Assembly (NCBI RefSeq): GCF_018977255.1
Contig: NW_024704742.1
Location: forward strand, 42,596,001 to 42,660,000
DNA length: 64,000 nt
Direction of reading: 5' to 3'
From: Callorhinchus milii
Taxonomy: Eukaryota
Under the pieces are notes generated by a model. It was not told the origin of the DNA. It worked only from the letters and a program-made list of their open reading frames with translations, and searched no databases. Both the position numbers and the translations under genes were made by a program. Below, in pieces: positions 52,961 to 64,000 of this stretch. Position 1 is the stretch's first letter, and each line of letters starts with the position of its first letter.

Positions 52961-54880
52961 AGTGATAATGCTTAAGGTGTGACCTGACCATATCACTAGA
53001 CAGCTTAGGTACGGCTTCTGGACATCTGAGCTCAACTGATTTGGCGATATAGACCAACCTGTTTGCCTTATTTATTGCTGCCTCAGATTGTTTTGACAAG
53101 ATGAGTGATGAATCAGTATCGTTAGATCTTTTTGTGCTTCTCCTACAACAACTTCTATATAATTCATGTTTTTCTTATTCTCACTTCCTGTATGCAGTTC
53201 ATCTGTATTGGACTTTATTTACCAGCCCATTTGCATCCTCTATCAAAGCTCTCTTTATTATTATTAATAATAATCCTTGCATTTGATATAGTGCTTTTCA
53301 CATCAACAGAAATGTGAATATTTCACAAAATATTGCACAGAATTTACAATGAAGTATAGTGACTGTATTTTGTAGGTGAACGCAAATAATTTACACAGAG
53401 CAGTTTCTCACAGTCATGAAATGAATGACCAATTTTTAAGACCTATTCTGTCTCCTTTGATTGCACAGTAACTCCCAACATAGTGTCATCGGCAACTGTA
53501 ACTACCTTACGCTGGGTCCAGGTTATTAACATATACAAATTACAGGAGAGGTCCCAGTTCACACCCCTGAGCCACCCTGCTTAATACTTCCCTCCATTTT
53601 GACTCAGCTCCCCTAACAATGACTTTCTGCTTCCTCCCCTTCAGCTAGATGAGGGACAAGAGACGAGTGACAACCTTCTCCAACTGAACATCAACAAGAC
53701 CAAGGCCCTCCTGATTGGCTCAGGCCAGCGCCTCCGCACCTCGGGCGCTGACAGCTTCAGCCTCCACGGTTGCACACTCAACCTCACTAAGCCAGTCAGG
53801 AACCTCTGTGTCTTGTTTGACCCTGAACTGTCCTTTCTCCCCCACATCCCCGCAGTGACCGGCACAGCCTACCAACCCCTCCGCAACATTGCCAGACTCC
53901 GCCACTGCCTCACCCCTCAGGCTGCCGAAACCCTCACCCATGCACTCGTCACCTCAAGGCTTGACTATGAGAACTCCCTCCTCATCGGCCTTCCCAACTC
54001 TTCCCTTCACAAGCTGCAGATCATCCAAAACTCTGCAGTTCATGTACTCTCACACACCAGGTTCCGCGACCCCAACACTCCCACCCTCGCCCGACTCCAC
54101 TGGCTCCCCATCCCACAGAGGATCTAATTCAGGATCCTCATCCGCACTTTCAAGACCATCCATGGCCTCGCCCCCTCCTACCTCTCTGACCTGCTGACTC
54201 TCTACAAGCCTGCCCGCTCCCTCCGTTCAGCGGGCTCCGGCCTGTTCCATGTGTCCCGTCCGACCCGCCCTACCATCGGTGGTCAGGCTTTCAGCTTCTC
54301 TGTCACCACATTCTGTAGCTCCATCCCACATTCCCTTTGCGTCACTTCCTCCCTTGTCTCCTTCAAGGCCGGTCTCAAGACCCTCCTCTTCGATCGTGCC
54401 TTCGGTCCCATCTCTCTGCCTTCCCGCACTCCTCCCCCACCCCAGCGCCTTGGGACGTTCTCCTGATGTGAAAAGTGTTCTATAAATGTCATTTTGTTGT
54501 TGTGGTAGACATGTGATACTTTGTCAACTATCATTTGTCTAGATCCATTATGTCATTTGGCTTCCCTCAGATAATTTGGGCTGTCACCTTAAAAACGTCA
54601 ACAATCTCCTCTTTCTGAATCCCTATGGGTTGTCACTTATTTGGTTATTTTTGTACAAGCAAGCTTTTTTTTCTGATGATTTTTCCAGTTACTGAGATCA
54701 GGCTAATGAGTATGGTTTTGTCATATTTCTTGAACATAGCAGCAACACTTTCTTGTTTCCAGTATATTGGAACTTCCCAAGTGGCGATTGACTCCCTCAT
54801 AATGTCTGTCAGTGCTACACAAATCTTCTGTCTTGTCTCCCTAAGAACTCTGGGGTACAGTTCATCTGTCCCAGGGATCT
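52960..54880 (-). mobile_element. Old CR1 fragment split by a SINE tail (~53265-53440) and an L2 (53652-54503)
   Basis: Minus-strand remnants ADDT (53481-53496), DKVSH (~54505-54525) and PGTDELYPRVLRET (ORF 54645-54965). Confidence 0.65.
53652..54503 (+). mobile_element. L2 LINE, 5'-truncated
   Basis: LNINKT, FDPELSFLPHI, SRLDYENSLLIGLP and LHWLPIPQRI; 3' hairpin and tail. Confidence 0.95.
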
Positions 54881-55734
54881 TTAATGTCCACCTAAAACTG
54901 GCAGATACGATCTCAGTATAATGGCAAACCTGAAAGAGAGAACCTCTGACTGTGCAGCACTCCACAATACTGCAACGTCTAATGCTTTGTGCTTTGATGC
55001 ATATTGATTTCTCTCATCTGCGACTGATCACTTTGAACCTAAAGTGCACTGCATCCTAATTTAAATGTTGTGTATCTGCTATTACATCTGCCTTTAAAAT
55101 AAGTTTTTCTCGGTAATTAGCCAAAGTAGACTGTATTTCAAACAGAAAAAGCAACAGATAAAACCAGCTCTTTCATTTGTACTTTTGTTGCATTAATGTA
55201 AGCATAATAAGACCTTATATATGTCATGGTGACAAGCTTTGCCTCTGCCTGCGGTATTTGAACGAACAACCACTTTTTAAATGTAATATTGCTCAAATAA
55301 CGCAACTGTAGATATATTAAAAAATTGTTATCTGCATGGGCTGATTGATTGCAGTTGTTGTGTAGGTCTGAGAATAAAATGCAATGCGCATCCCTGATAT
55401 TTAATACTTGTTTCTATTTTGGACTGAAATTAAGCAGTTAATGTACTCAACTTTTACTTTCAATGGAACACTGCTGGCTTTTTTTCAGATGTTTTCTGAC
55501 AGGTTTAGTTCCCCAGAAAAGCCTGATTGACTGTCAGGAATGTTTGCACTGCAGCAGATGTGAAGAGCACTGAAATACAAATTATTAAAATATATTTTTT
55601 AATCAGTGCTTTAATTTTTAACGTTTTGTTACAAACAAAAGCAAGATCAGTCACATACGCTTTGCATTTCTCCTGCTTACAATGCTGGTAAAATGATAGC
55701 CCTATCGTTTTACTGAGACATCAAGGATTCTTTA

Positions 55735-56158
55735 TGTGTCAGCTAGGCTCAGTGTTAGCACTCTTGCCTCTGAGTCAGAAGATTGTGTGTTCAAGTCCCA
55801 TGTCGGGACTTGCGATCATATAGTCTAAGATGACACGCCAATGCAGTACTCGGGGGAGAGCTGATTGTCAGAGGTGCCGTCCTTCGAATGAGATGTTAAA
55901 CCAAGGTCCGTTAAAAATCCCATGGCACTGTTCGAAAAGTGAAGGGAGTTTTTCTCTCCTGGTGTCCTTGCCGACAATCCGCCAAATAAAATTGGTTGCT
56001 CATTCCATAGTTCTTTGTGGAACATTGCTGTGTGCAATTGGCTGCCGCACTGTGCCCACAAAATACAGTCAATCCATTTTACAGTATATCTTCTGAAGCA
56101 CTTTGAGACATCTCAACGATTTGATAAGGTGTCGTATCAAATGCAAGGATTATTATTA
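55735..56158 (+). mobile_element. SacSINE1-like Deu SINE, best-preserved full-length copy
   Basis: gtgtcagctaggctcagtgttagcactcttgcctctgagtcagaag head, Deu core, tail caaatgcaaggattattatt. Confidence 0.9.
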
Positions 56159-57494
56159 AGTGAAAATTCTAGTGGCCAAATATATGGAGTATTTGTTACT
56201 GAGCAAGTCTTGTCTTGTAATAAAGGACAGTCATTTGTCACTATAAAGTCCTTCAATATTCTAAACAGTGTGACCATTTTACAGTGGAAAAATGAATTCA
56301 GCAACAGTCTTTTTAATAAGTCTGAATATATTTCAGAATGGGAAGATGATAAATCTTTTCCCAATACTCAGAAAAAGAAGCAACTGGGAATTATAGACCA
56401 AGCTGCTTGACACTTGTGGGCCAAAATGCAGATCATTTAAATGATGCTACTGATGCCAATATAAACAGTGTGAAACCATCAGGAATATTCATCATGCATT
56501 TATAAATAAACATCAACAAATCTACTGGGACTTTGTAAGGAGATAACTTGGTACATGAGATCAATTCAATGGTTAGTATCCACTTGAATTTGCAGAAAAC
56601 ATTTGATAATGTCTCATTCAATGTTACTCCTATTCGACCGTGCCTTCGATGACCCTCCTTCCCCCACTGTACTCTACCCTCCCCAATCCCGATCCCCAGC
56701 TTGGATCCGAAACACTCATTGTCCAGCAACTTGGAATGTCCTCCCGTGGTGAAAGGCGCTATACAAATGTAATTTTGTTGTTGTTGTTGTGATAAAGTTT
56801 CTCATGTGAGCCTTCCTTAGAGGAATACACAGCTTAGAATAATTTTATGTCTAACCAACAAAGCGCTTGTTTGTTTCTGAAATACATTGAGAATCTCTGT
56901 TGAATCAACTGTGAAACAGTGACAAAGTAAACTAACCATGTAATTGACCAGTTTTTTCTGCATACTCCGTGCAAAATTCTTTGTCTATTTCCACTCTGCA
57001 AAACATGTACCAGAAGGAAGAAGGAATCAGCATTTTTTTAATTGAATAGCTAATAGAGTACCTGTTTTCTTTCTAAAAAGAAATATAGGCATCAGTTCAA
57101 ACAGATAAAATATCTTTTGCGGACTATCCATCTTTCCTGTCCATTGAAACATGTTGTTGATGACATTTCCCAAATGTAATATTCTATTTAGCTTCACATT
57201 GTCTAATAGTATCTACTGACGTGAGTTTCTGATGTATTTTCACTTTAGTGTCTTGGGTGCACAGGCACGTTAAAAATATCCTTTCTGGATTAATGGGATC
57301 AACACTTTTTAAAAAATCATATCAAATTTAGGCTATTTTTTGAATGAATTTTAAAACAATGTAGGGATGCAGAAATCATACCTATGACACAATTGCAATT
57401 GTACATAAATACTACTAAATATGTCTCAATGCTCCTAGCATGGTGATTAATCTGATAAATCTACCTTTTACAACACACACCTCCTTTCACTAAA

Positions 57495-58600
57495 GTCCAA
57501 GGCCCATATTGCTAAACACATGTGGCTCAAATCTGGCCTCGTAATCCATTGCCAGTCTTCCACTGCGCCCTTACCTCAGCTAAATTGTCTTTCTACACCG
57601 GATAACCCTAAGGTCCTCTTCTCCACCATCAACCACCTCCTCTGTTCTCCCTCCCATGCACTTCAATCTTCATATTCAACTTCAGATGCGAGGAGGCAAT
57701 GGACTTCCTCAGGTCCATAAAGCAGCAGATTTACTCAGCTGTTTCCACCTCTGTCATTCCCCCCACCTCCTTCCTCCCTTTCCTCCTTCCTGGCCTCCAC
57801 TCACCTCTTTTTCCACACCTTCAACCCTGTCTCCACCTCATCACTCTGCTCTCGCATGAACTGCATCATTTGTTCTTCTTGACCACAGTTATATTTGGCT
57901 GTGTCAGGGATCAAGTCCTGGTTGAGTATAAACTTTCTACTACTAAACATTAACAAGAATGAGGCTGCTTGGCTACCATAAGTGCCTTTTCACCTTAGAT
58001 GATGACTGCATCAACTATCATGGATAATCAGTCCACCCCGCGGAGTCTGTTTGGAACCTTGATATCTTGTTCGGCTTTCCATCACCTCTGCTACATTGCC
58101 TGCCTCCAGCACTCCCTCTCCCCTGGGGTGCCGAGACTCTAATTCACCCTTTCATCATGTCCAAGCATAACAATTCAAATGCTCAGCTCGGTAGATTTCC
58201 CAGCTGTTCCCTAAACACAAGCTGCAGACCATTTAGAAATTTGCAGCCCATGTCTTCACCCATATCAGGCTTTGCAAGTGCAACACCCCCATTCCCATTC
58301 TGCTCAATGATTTCCCATTTCCCAGTGGATCGATTCAAGATCCTTGTCCTCATTTTAAAAACTCTCCAAAGCTTTGCGCTACACTACGACTGTGACCTCC
58401 TGCAACTCTACTGCCCTGGGCACTCCCTCTGCTCAACAAATACCCGCCTGCTTCATGTCCCCGGCCAGCAAAACTAAGCTTGAAGACTAAGACTTATCTT
58501 TTCAACCGATCCATCTCCTTCCCCCCAGCTTGGGCTCCCAGTCAGCTGTGTATTTTGAGACATCCTCCTGATGTGAAAAAAATATACAAACACAAATTGT
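57495..58600 (+). mobile_element. Old fragmented L2 LINE
   Basis: DNPKVLFSTINHLL, AETLIHPFIMS and RFKILVLILK remnants; L2 tail at ~58550-58600. Confidence 0.75.
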
Positions 58601-60164
58601 TTCTGATAATTCCATCAAGGACTTTTTATAACATTGAATATTAAAGAGACATAAGATATTCGTAAGCAGGAAAGGGAACGGGTAAATTGTATTATGAGCT
58701 TTCTGTCTGAAATACAAAGGCTATGTTTGCTGTCCTCCATTTGACCTAACAACCTATTCATTTCGGTTGAAACTTCAGCACCATATCAGATTGGCACTTT
58801 CAAATCTGTTGCAGTCTTCCTGCCTATGAGTTATCAATTAAACATTCATCATAGTGATTGCATAGTTTACTTACAATGGAACCACAAGATAACATAATTG
58901 CATTTAGCCACATGCTTTTCTTTTGAATATGCATTAAGTCATTCAATGCGGAGTCTCATACCAACATTGACTATAACAATAGCATTTATTGAATTCACAA
59001 CTGTATTTATGGAAGCTTCTGTTCCTGCATCTACCAGGACTTGATATTACAAGGGCAAGATGGTCAAATGGCATAATTAGTAACAATTTAGTTAAGAAGG
59101 CTTATCCTGTTGAACTAACATGTGTAGTTTCCACACACAATATGGTAAGTATTTATATTTATGCCAGGAAAACTACATGGAAGCTGGCTCGCTTATACTT
59201 TTCACAGCATATCCCATGGGAAGGATTAAGCTTTTCTGTGAAAGTGCATGTATACATGCTATGAATGTGTAGAAATATTCAGGTTGCTGAAGCAACAAGG
59301 CAGGCACAACAGGTGGTACAGGTTATAACGTGGATGCAATGTGACTGAATGACACTATTCTGTCTCCTCAGAATAGTATTGTTCAGAATGCATGACTCAT
59401 TGGATCTATGCTCGGAGGCAATACAGCAGTTCTGAATGCTACATTCTTCTTGCCTTGCAAGATTGGATAGTCCACCCTGTGGACATCTTCTCAGATGTTC
59501 TCAAAGCCACTTCCCAATCAGCACACTTCAGTAATGTGGCAATTCCACCCACTGTTCATTCCTAGACAGATCATAAAATACTAGCAGACTTGTCCTCCAG
59601 GCAGTTGGAGTATGAATGACAATTGAGAGAAGGTTTGAAATGTAGTCTCCTAGCTAAAAACATAAACCCTATTGCTATGTTGCAGCTATAAGGGTGCCCA
59701 CAGCTCATCCCTCTGAACTGTTTACTTATCAATGTAGCCTGTAATTGAATAAAATGTGAAGACAAGTGTCACATTTGATTATTAATTCCTTTAATGACAC
59801 AAGTTTCTCTTCAAAGTCAACCTAACTCAGTTGCTAGCACTGAGAACTCTCATCTCTCAGTCAGAGTTTGAGTTCAAATCTGACAACAGGACTTTGAACT
59901 CACAGTAAACGTTGACACTCTACACAGTGCTAGGAGAGCACTGAATTGTCAGACGTGTAGCCCTTCGTATAAGAAGATAAACCTAGGTCAGCCTGTTCGG
60001 GTGGATATTTTGCCCACAAAATACACAGTAATTGCATTGTTTCTGGTTATGACTCAAGGCAATTTAGATCACTATTTCTTAAACCAATTTGTTCAAAACT
60101 CTCACAGGCCAATGATATGTATATTTTATCTCATTTTATTTTGGTCCGTCAAGTAACGCAGATC

Positions 60165-60833
60165 AATAGAGGTATAAAAAAGGCAAACTAGGCATTCGCG
60201 TTCATTTCTCGGGTGATAGAAATGAAAAGCAGGGAAGTTATGGTAAACTTTACAGTAACTTGGTTAGACCACACTTAGAATACTGTGTGCAGTTCTTGTC
60301 ATCACATTATAGAAGGGATGTAGAGGCACTGGAGAGTGTGTAAAGGAGATTGACAAGGATGATCCCAAAACTGAGAGTTTACACCTATCAGGAAAGGCTG
60401 AACATGCTTGGACACTTTCCTCTTGAACAGAGGAGGGTAAAGGGTGACCTGATAGAGGTCTATAGGTTTATGGAAGGTTTTGATAGGATAGACATAGGGA
60501 GGGTGTTTCCACTTTTGGAGGAGACCAAAACCAGGGCCATCAACATAAAATAGTCACAAATAGATCAAACAGAAGTTAGAAGATATTTCTTCACACAGAG
60601 ACTAGTGGGAATGTGAAACACGCTACCATAAGGAGTTGTTGAGAGAAATAGTATAGATGTATTTAGGAGAAAGCTAGATAGGTACTTGAGGGAGAAAGGA
60701 ATAGAAGCTTATGTTCGAAGGCTTAGTTGAGGAAGGGCAGGAGGAGGCTCATGTGGAGCATAAACACCGGCATAGACCATTTGGGCTGAATGGCTTGTTT
60801 CTATGCTGTATATTCTAATGTATTCTAATGTAT
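60165..60833 (+). mobile_element. CR1 LINE 3' fragment
   Basis: LVRPHLEYCVQF, TRMIPKLR and GDLIEVYR; terminal attctaatgt repeats. Confidence 0.9.
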
Positions 60834-60839
60834 AAAGTG

Positions 60840-61160
60840 TACAGAAACCCAGCGCCATGCTTAAGAGTATCCAAACCAAACCACTAAAGAGTTCCACATT
60901 CATATGAACATTTCCATGGTATTCTGACTGCACTCTCTCCCCAGAGGGGTGCACTCTGCTAACCTATCTTCGAAAATGTTTGACACAAGTTAGCAAGAGC
61001 CAAGGCTTGGGGACATAAGAGAGTGCAATGTGACACTGCTGGAGTTTAATTACCTAAAACTCGCCAGCTTGCTACTGTGAACACTGTCCAGCAATCTTTC
61101 CAATTTTTGTCCAGCTTGGACTACTCTAACCATAATTAGGATTTTGGCTTGCAAGATTAT
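60840..61160 (+). mobile_element. Partial copy of the ~860-bp TIR element
   Basis: cttaagagtatccaaacc, agagttccac, gagccaaggcttgggga and ttggcttgca are shared with 7415-7715. Confidence 0.75.
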
Positions 61161-61797
61161 ATCATGTCATCACCGTGAACTGGATCAAACTTTTGTCCAA
61201 GAGGAAACAGAATAGCGTACCAATTCATATTCCACCACCCTATCTATTCAACAGCCATTATTAAACAAGACCAGACAACAAAGCACATAGTAGATACAGT
61301 AGATGACAACAAGTAGATGACAACTTCTATATTCTTCTTAATTACTGGGAAGTGTACCATGGGCTGTGATCTCTTTGCATAATCATGCCAGAGCATGAAG
61401 CACAGCAACTCATTTCAATGTATTAATCAAAGGATAAATGATGCTTTATGTGTTTTTACATTGCACTTAATGTGGAAGTTCAATGTAATGGCCACTTAAA
61501 ATGGAGTGCAACTGTTCAAGGTGGCTTCAGTTCCACCAATTAGTCAAATAACGAGAATGTATTATAAGTGCTTTGGATCTGCCACTTAAAATGAAGCATA
61601 ACTGTTCTATATATACCTCCATCTAATAATCAATCAACATATAGTGCTCTAAACGCTAATTTGGAAGCACTTACATACTAGGACCAAAACCCTTAGTGCG
61701 GAAACAAACACAAATTGTTTTCCCACCAAGGACCATTATCAGTGAGAAGCATTACAAATCTTCCTGACACTCGTCCATTGACATTACTGTGTATATA

Positions 61798-62460
61798 TGT
61801 TGCAGAAAAGTCCTAATTTTCAGTAATATTTTGAAACCATGAAATCATTGATATTAGGAGTCAGGGGTTTCGTGAAAAAATGATCCCAGCAGTGGACAGG
61901 GGTAGAGAGGATCCCAGGAACATCCTTGGTGTTATCATTAATGATGATTTAGACACTGACCAGTGCAAAATAGCAGTGAAGACCTGAGGGGTCACTATTC
62001 TAGATACCAATTTGACCTCTGCCCACATGATTGTTAACAGAGACCTGCTTCAACCAGGAGAAGTCAATGTCACTTCATGAAGCTGTCATTGTACAGTCTG
62101 TTTGTGGTGGACAAAGCTTTATGAAGTCTAACTACGGTCAGAAGAAATATCAGACCAACCATTGTAAATGCTTTAAAGCAAAGCTAAAATTTAGCTCCCG
62201 GTGTCATAGAAGCCTCACTTGTGTTAACAAATGAACATTTGACTTATCAGTGAATGAAATGTCACATGAAGTTTATGGTGAATAAAATATTAATTTTCAT
62301 TATGTGTTATTTATTTGTTGATCATGGTAACAGCAACAGTGTCAAGGCAAGGTTATCAATATGATGACATGATTACTTTTTCCCAAAATCACTGACTCCT
62401 GATTTCAGTGATTTCATGGTTTTACAATTTAACTGAATGTTTCACAATTTTACTGTAACA
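61798..62460 (+). mobile_element. Internally deleted Ginger-like (KRBA2/SCAND3-related integrase) DNA transposon
   Basis: ~90-bp TIRs starting TGTTGCAG and ending CTGTAACA; flanks tata / taca; internal transposase C-terminal remnant. Confidence 0.75.
61880..62234 (+). pseudogene. C-terminal fragment of a Ginger-type transposase/integrase (frameshifted)
   Basis: IPAVDRGREDPRNILGVI...IAVK / LRGHYSRYQFDLCP / SLHEAVIVQSVCGGQSFMK...TNHCKCFKAKLKFSSRCHRSLTCVNK* resembles the Cys-rich C-terminus of 'KRAB-A domain protein 2-like' transposases. Confidence 0.75.
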
Positions 62461-63588
62461 TACATATCTAAAGAAAGGCTTTACTTTTTTTCAAATAGTG
62501 TAACAGCTGAGCTGAAATTCCAGTCATTGTTATGCAGGGTGATACAGACAACATATCGGGTACCAGAAATATGCTACACGTAAAGACAAATGGAATTTCA
62601 TCCCCAATGTATAATTCTGAATTTTGGTCAAGTTTTCCAATACATATGCGCTATATGAATGCAAGCTGTTGTTATTAACATATCAACATAAAAGACTGCT
62701 GGTTCAAAGGTAACTTAATCATAGAAGCATAGAAGTTTACGGCACAGAAGGAGGCCATTCGGCCCATTGAGTCTGTGCCGGCTCTTTAAGAAAATAAATC
62801 CAAGAACATATAAATGGAAACTCACACAAAAACATGAGGGCAGATATCATGAAAATCTTCTTTACTTACAGAATAGTTTTGGAACCAAAAAATGCAATCG
62901 AGGCAAAAACACAGAGGTCAGTCAAAAGATAGCTGGACTCCATAACAGGGAGTGAATGCCCCGGAGAGATGAACATCAGTGAAATACTTCTTATTGCCCC
63001 AATTTACCATAAATGAAATTGAAACCATGAATAACCTGACACATCTAAAGGGAGTCAACTGTGCAATGTTTCTGTGTCCTCTGGGGCAGCAGGCAATGCT
63101 TCAGCTTATTGACCGTACATAATCCAGGAGATAGATCCACTGAACAGTGACTGATACCTCAATGAAGTTACCTCTCAACATGCATTGACATTACATGCAA
63201 CAAACAACAGAATTGCCAGTTAAGATGAAGGCCCTGTTCATATTTGCGGTGCAGTAACTTTCTTTCTGAAGGCCATTCCTGAAGAGAAGATTAGACATTA
63301 CAAATGGCATCAGAGTCAGTTATATTGACACAGGTAGATAATTAAGTTCTTTACTGTAGAATTGAATCCTTAATTCTAAGCCTTATAGAAATATCCACAG
63401 GTCAGCACTTTCTAAATCTCATAAGAGTTGTTGAAATAACATACTCATAGCCTGGGTACCAGTATAAAGATTATTCCAGGACCATTATTTTACTTATTTC
63501 CCTGTGAACCAGGCTGGATCGTCAGAGCTACTCACTCATCAAAGCTGATAGCTCACTAAACTACATGCAACTCAACTGCAATGATTAC

Positions 63589-63935
63589 GTATTTTGGTCA
63601 CCCAGTGTCTAACACACATGGATACCCATTTTCGTACTTAAGAAATATCCAAACCAGATATGGGACCAGATTTGGTGTTTGTTTGAGGGACTGTTGGAGT
63701 CTAACCAGCTAAAACCACGTAGCTTGGCACTGAGACCTCTGTATAACAAGTATCCCACTGGTTGTCCAGTTAGGAGCTCCCTACTTTTATTATGGCTTTA
63801 ATAATAATCCTTGCATTTGATATAGTGTCTTATCATGTCTTTGAGACATCTCAAAGCTTTTATGGGTAACAGGACCTGAGTGGGAATAATCCCTGCCCCC
63901 AGTGACTAGTCTTCCCCACAGTTCCTCCAAACTTT
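63589..63935 (+). mobile_element. Deleted copy of the ~860-bp TIR element with a SINE tail inserted at ~63800-63857
   Basis: Begins gtattttggtcacccagtgtctaacacacatgg (TIR); ggagtctaaccagctaaaacc and ttgtccagttagga are shared with 7605-7685. Confidence 0.7.
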
Positions 63936-64000
63936 GTATTATCTGCAAACCTTACTCTGTATTAAGTCCACCAATCCAGGTCATTAATATATACAATTAC

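Noticed and set aside
1..64000. KCNMB1 exons or the distal MSGC-type KCNIP1 first exon expected from mammalian synteny
   Set aside because: No matching peptide recognised on either strand by eye; they may lie beyond the window, and short exons could be missed without tBLASTn

Overview
Repeat-rich vertebrate genomic DNA, most likely a cartilaginous fish. That assignment is inferred from the repeat content: L2 and CR1 LINEs, SacSINE1/Deu-type SINEs, an LF-SINE-like piece and a shark-type Penelope fragment. The only host coding sequence I can support is a 58-nt minus-strand first coding exon at 2073-2130 (MGALMGTLSFQTKERHQRK + phase-1 GT donor) that matches the N-terminal exon of KCNIP1/KChIP1; the ORF track misses it. 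The rest of the window is upstream or first-intron sequence of that gene. Nearly all listed ORFs are decayed L2/CR1 reverse-transcriptase fragments or spurious frames. Less ordinary items: (1) a 663-bp Ginger-like DNA transposon derivative with ~90-bp TIRs and a transposase C-terminus (61798-62460); (2) an unclassified ~860-bp TIR element present in five copies; (3) a Penelope-type minimal hammerhead remnant inserted into a SINE microsatellite tail; (4) a modular tRNA-Ala/CORE-like/Deu-like/L2-tail SINE family with tail variants, a strong strand bias and a shared 5' extension at two loci; (5) several repeat-free motif clusters that may be regulatory. I see no prokaryote-type system, CRISPR array or intact autonomous element. 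Repeat boundaries were set by eye and are approximate, and family names come from recalled consensus similarity, not database searches.
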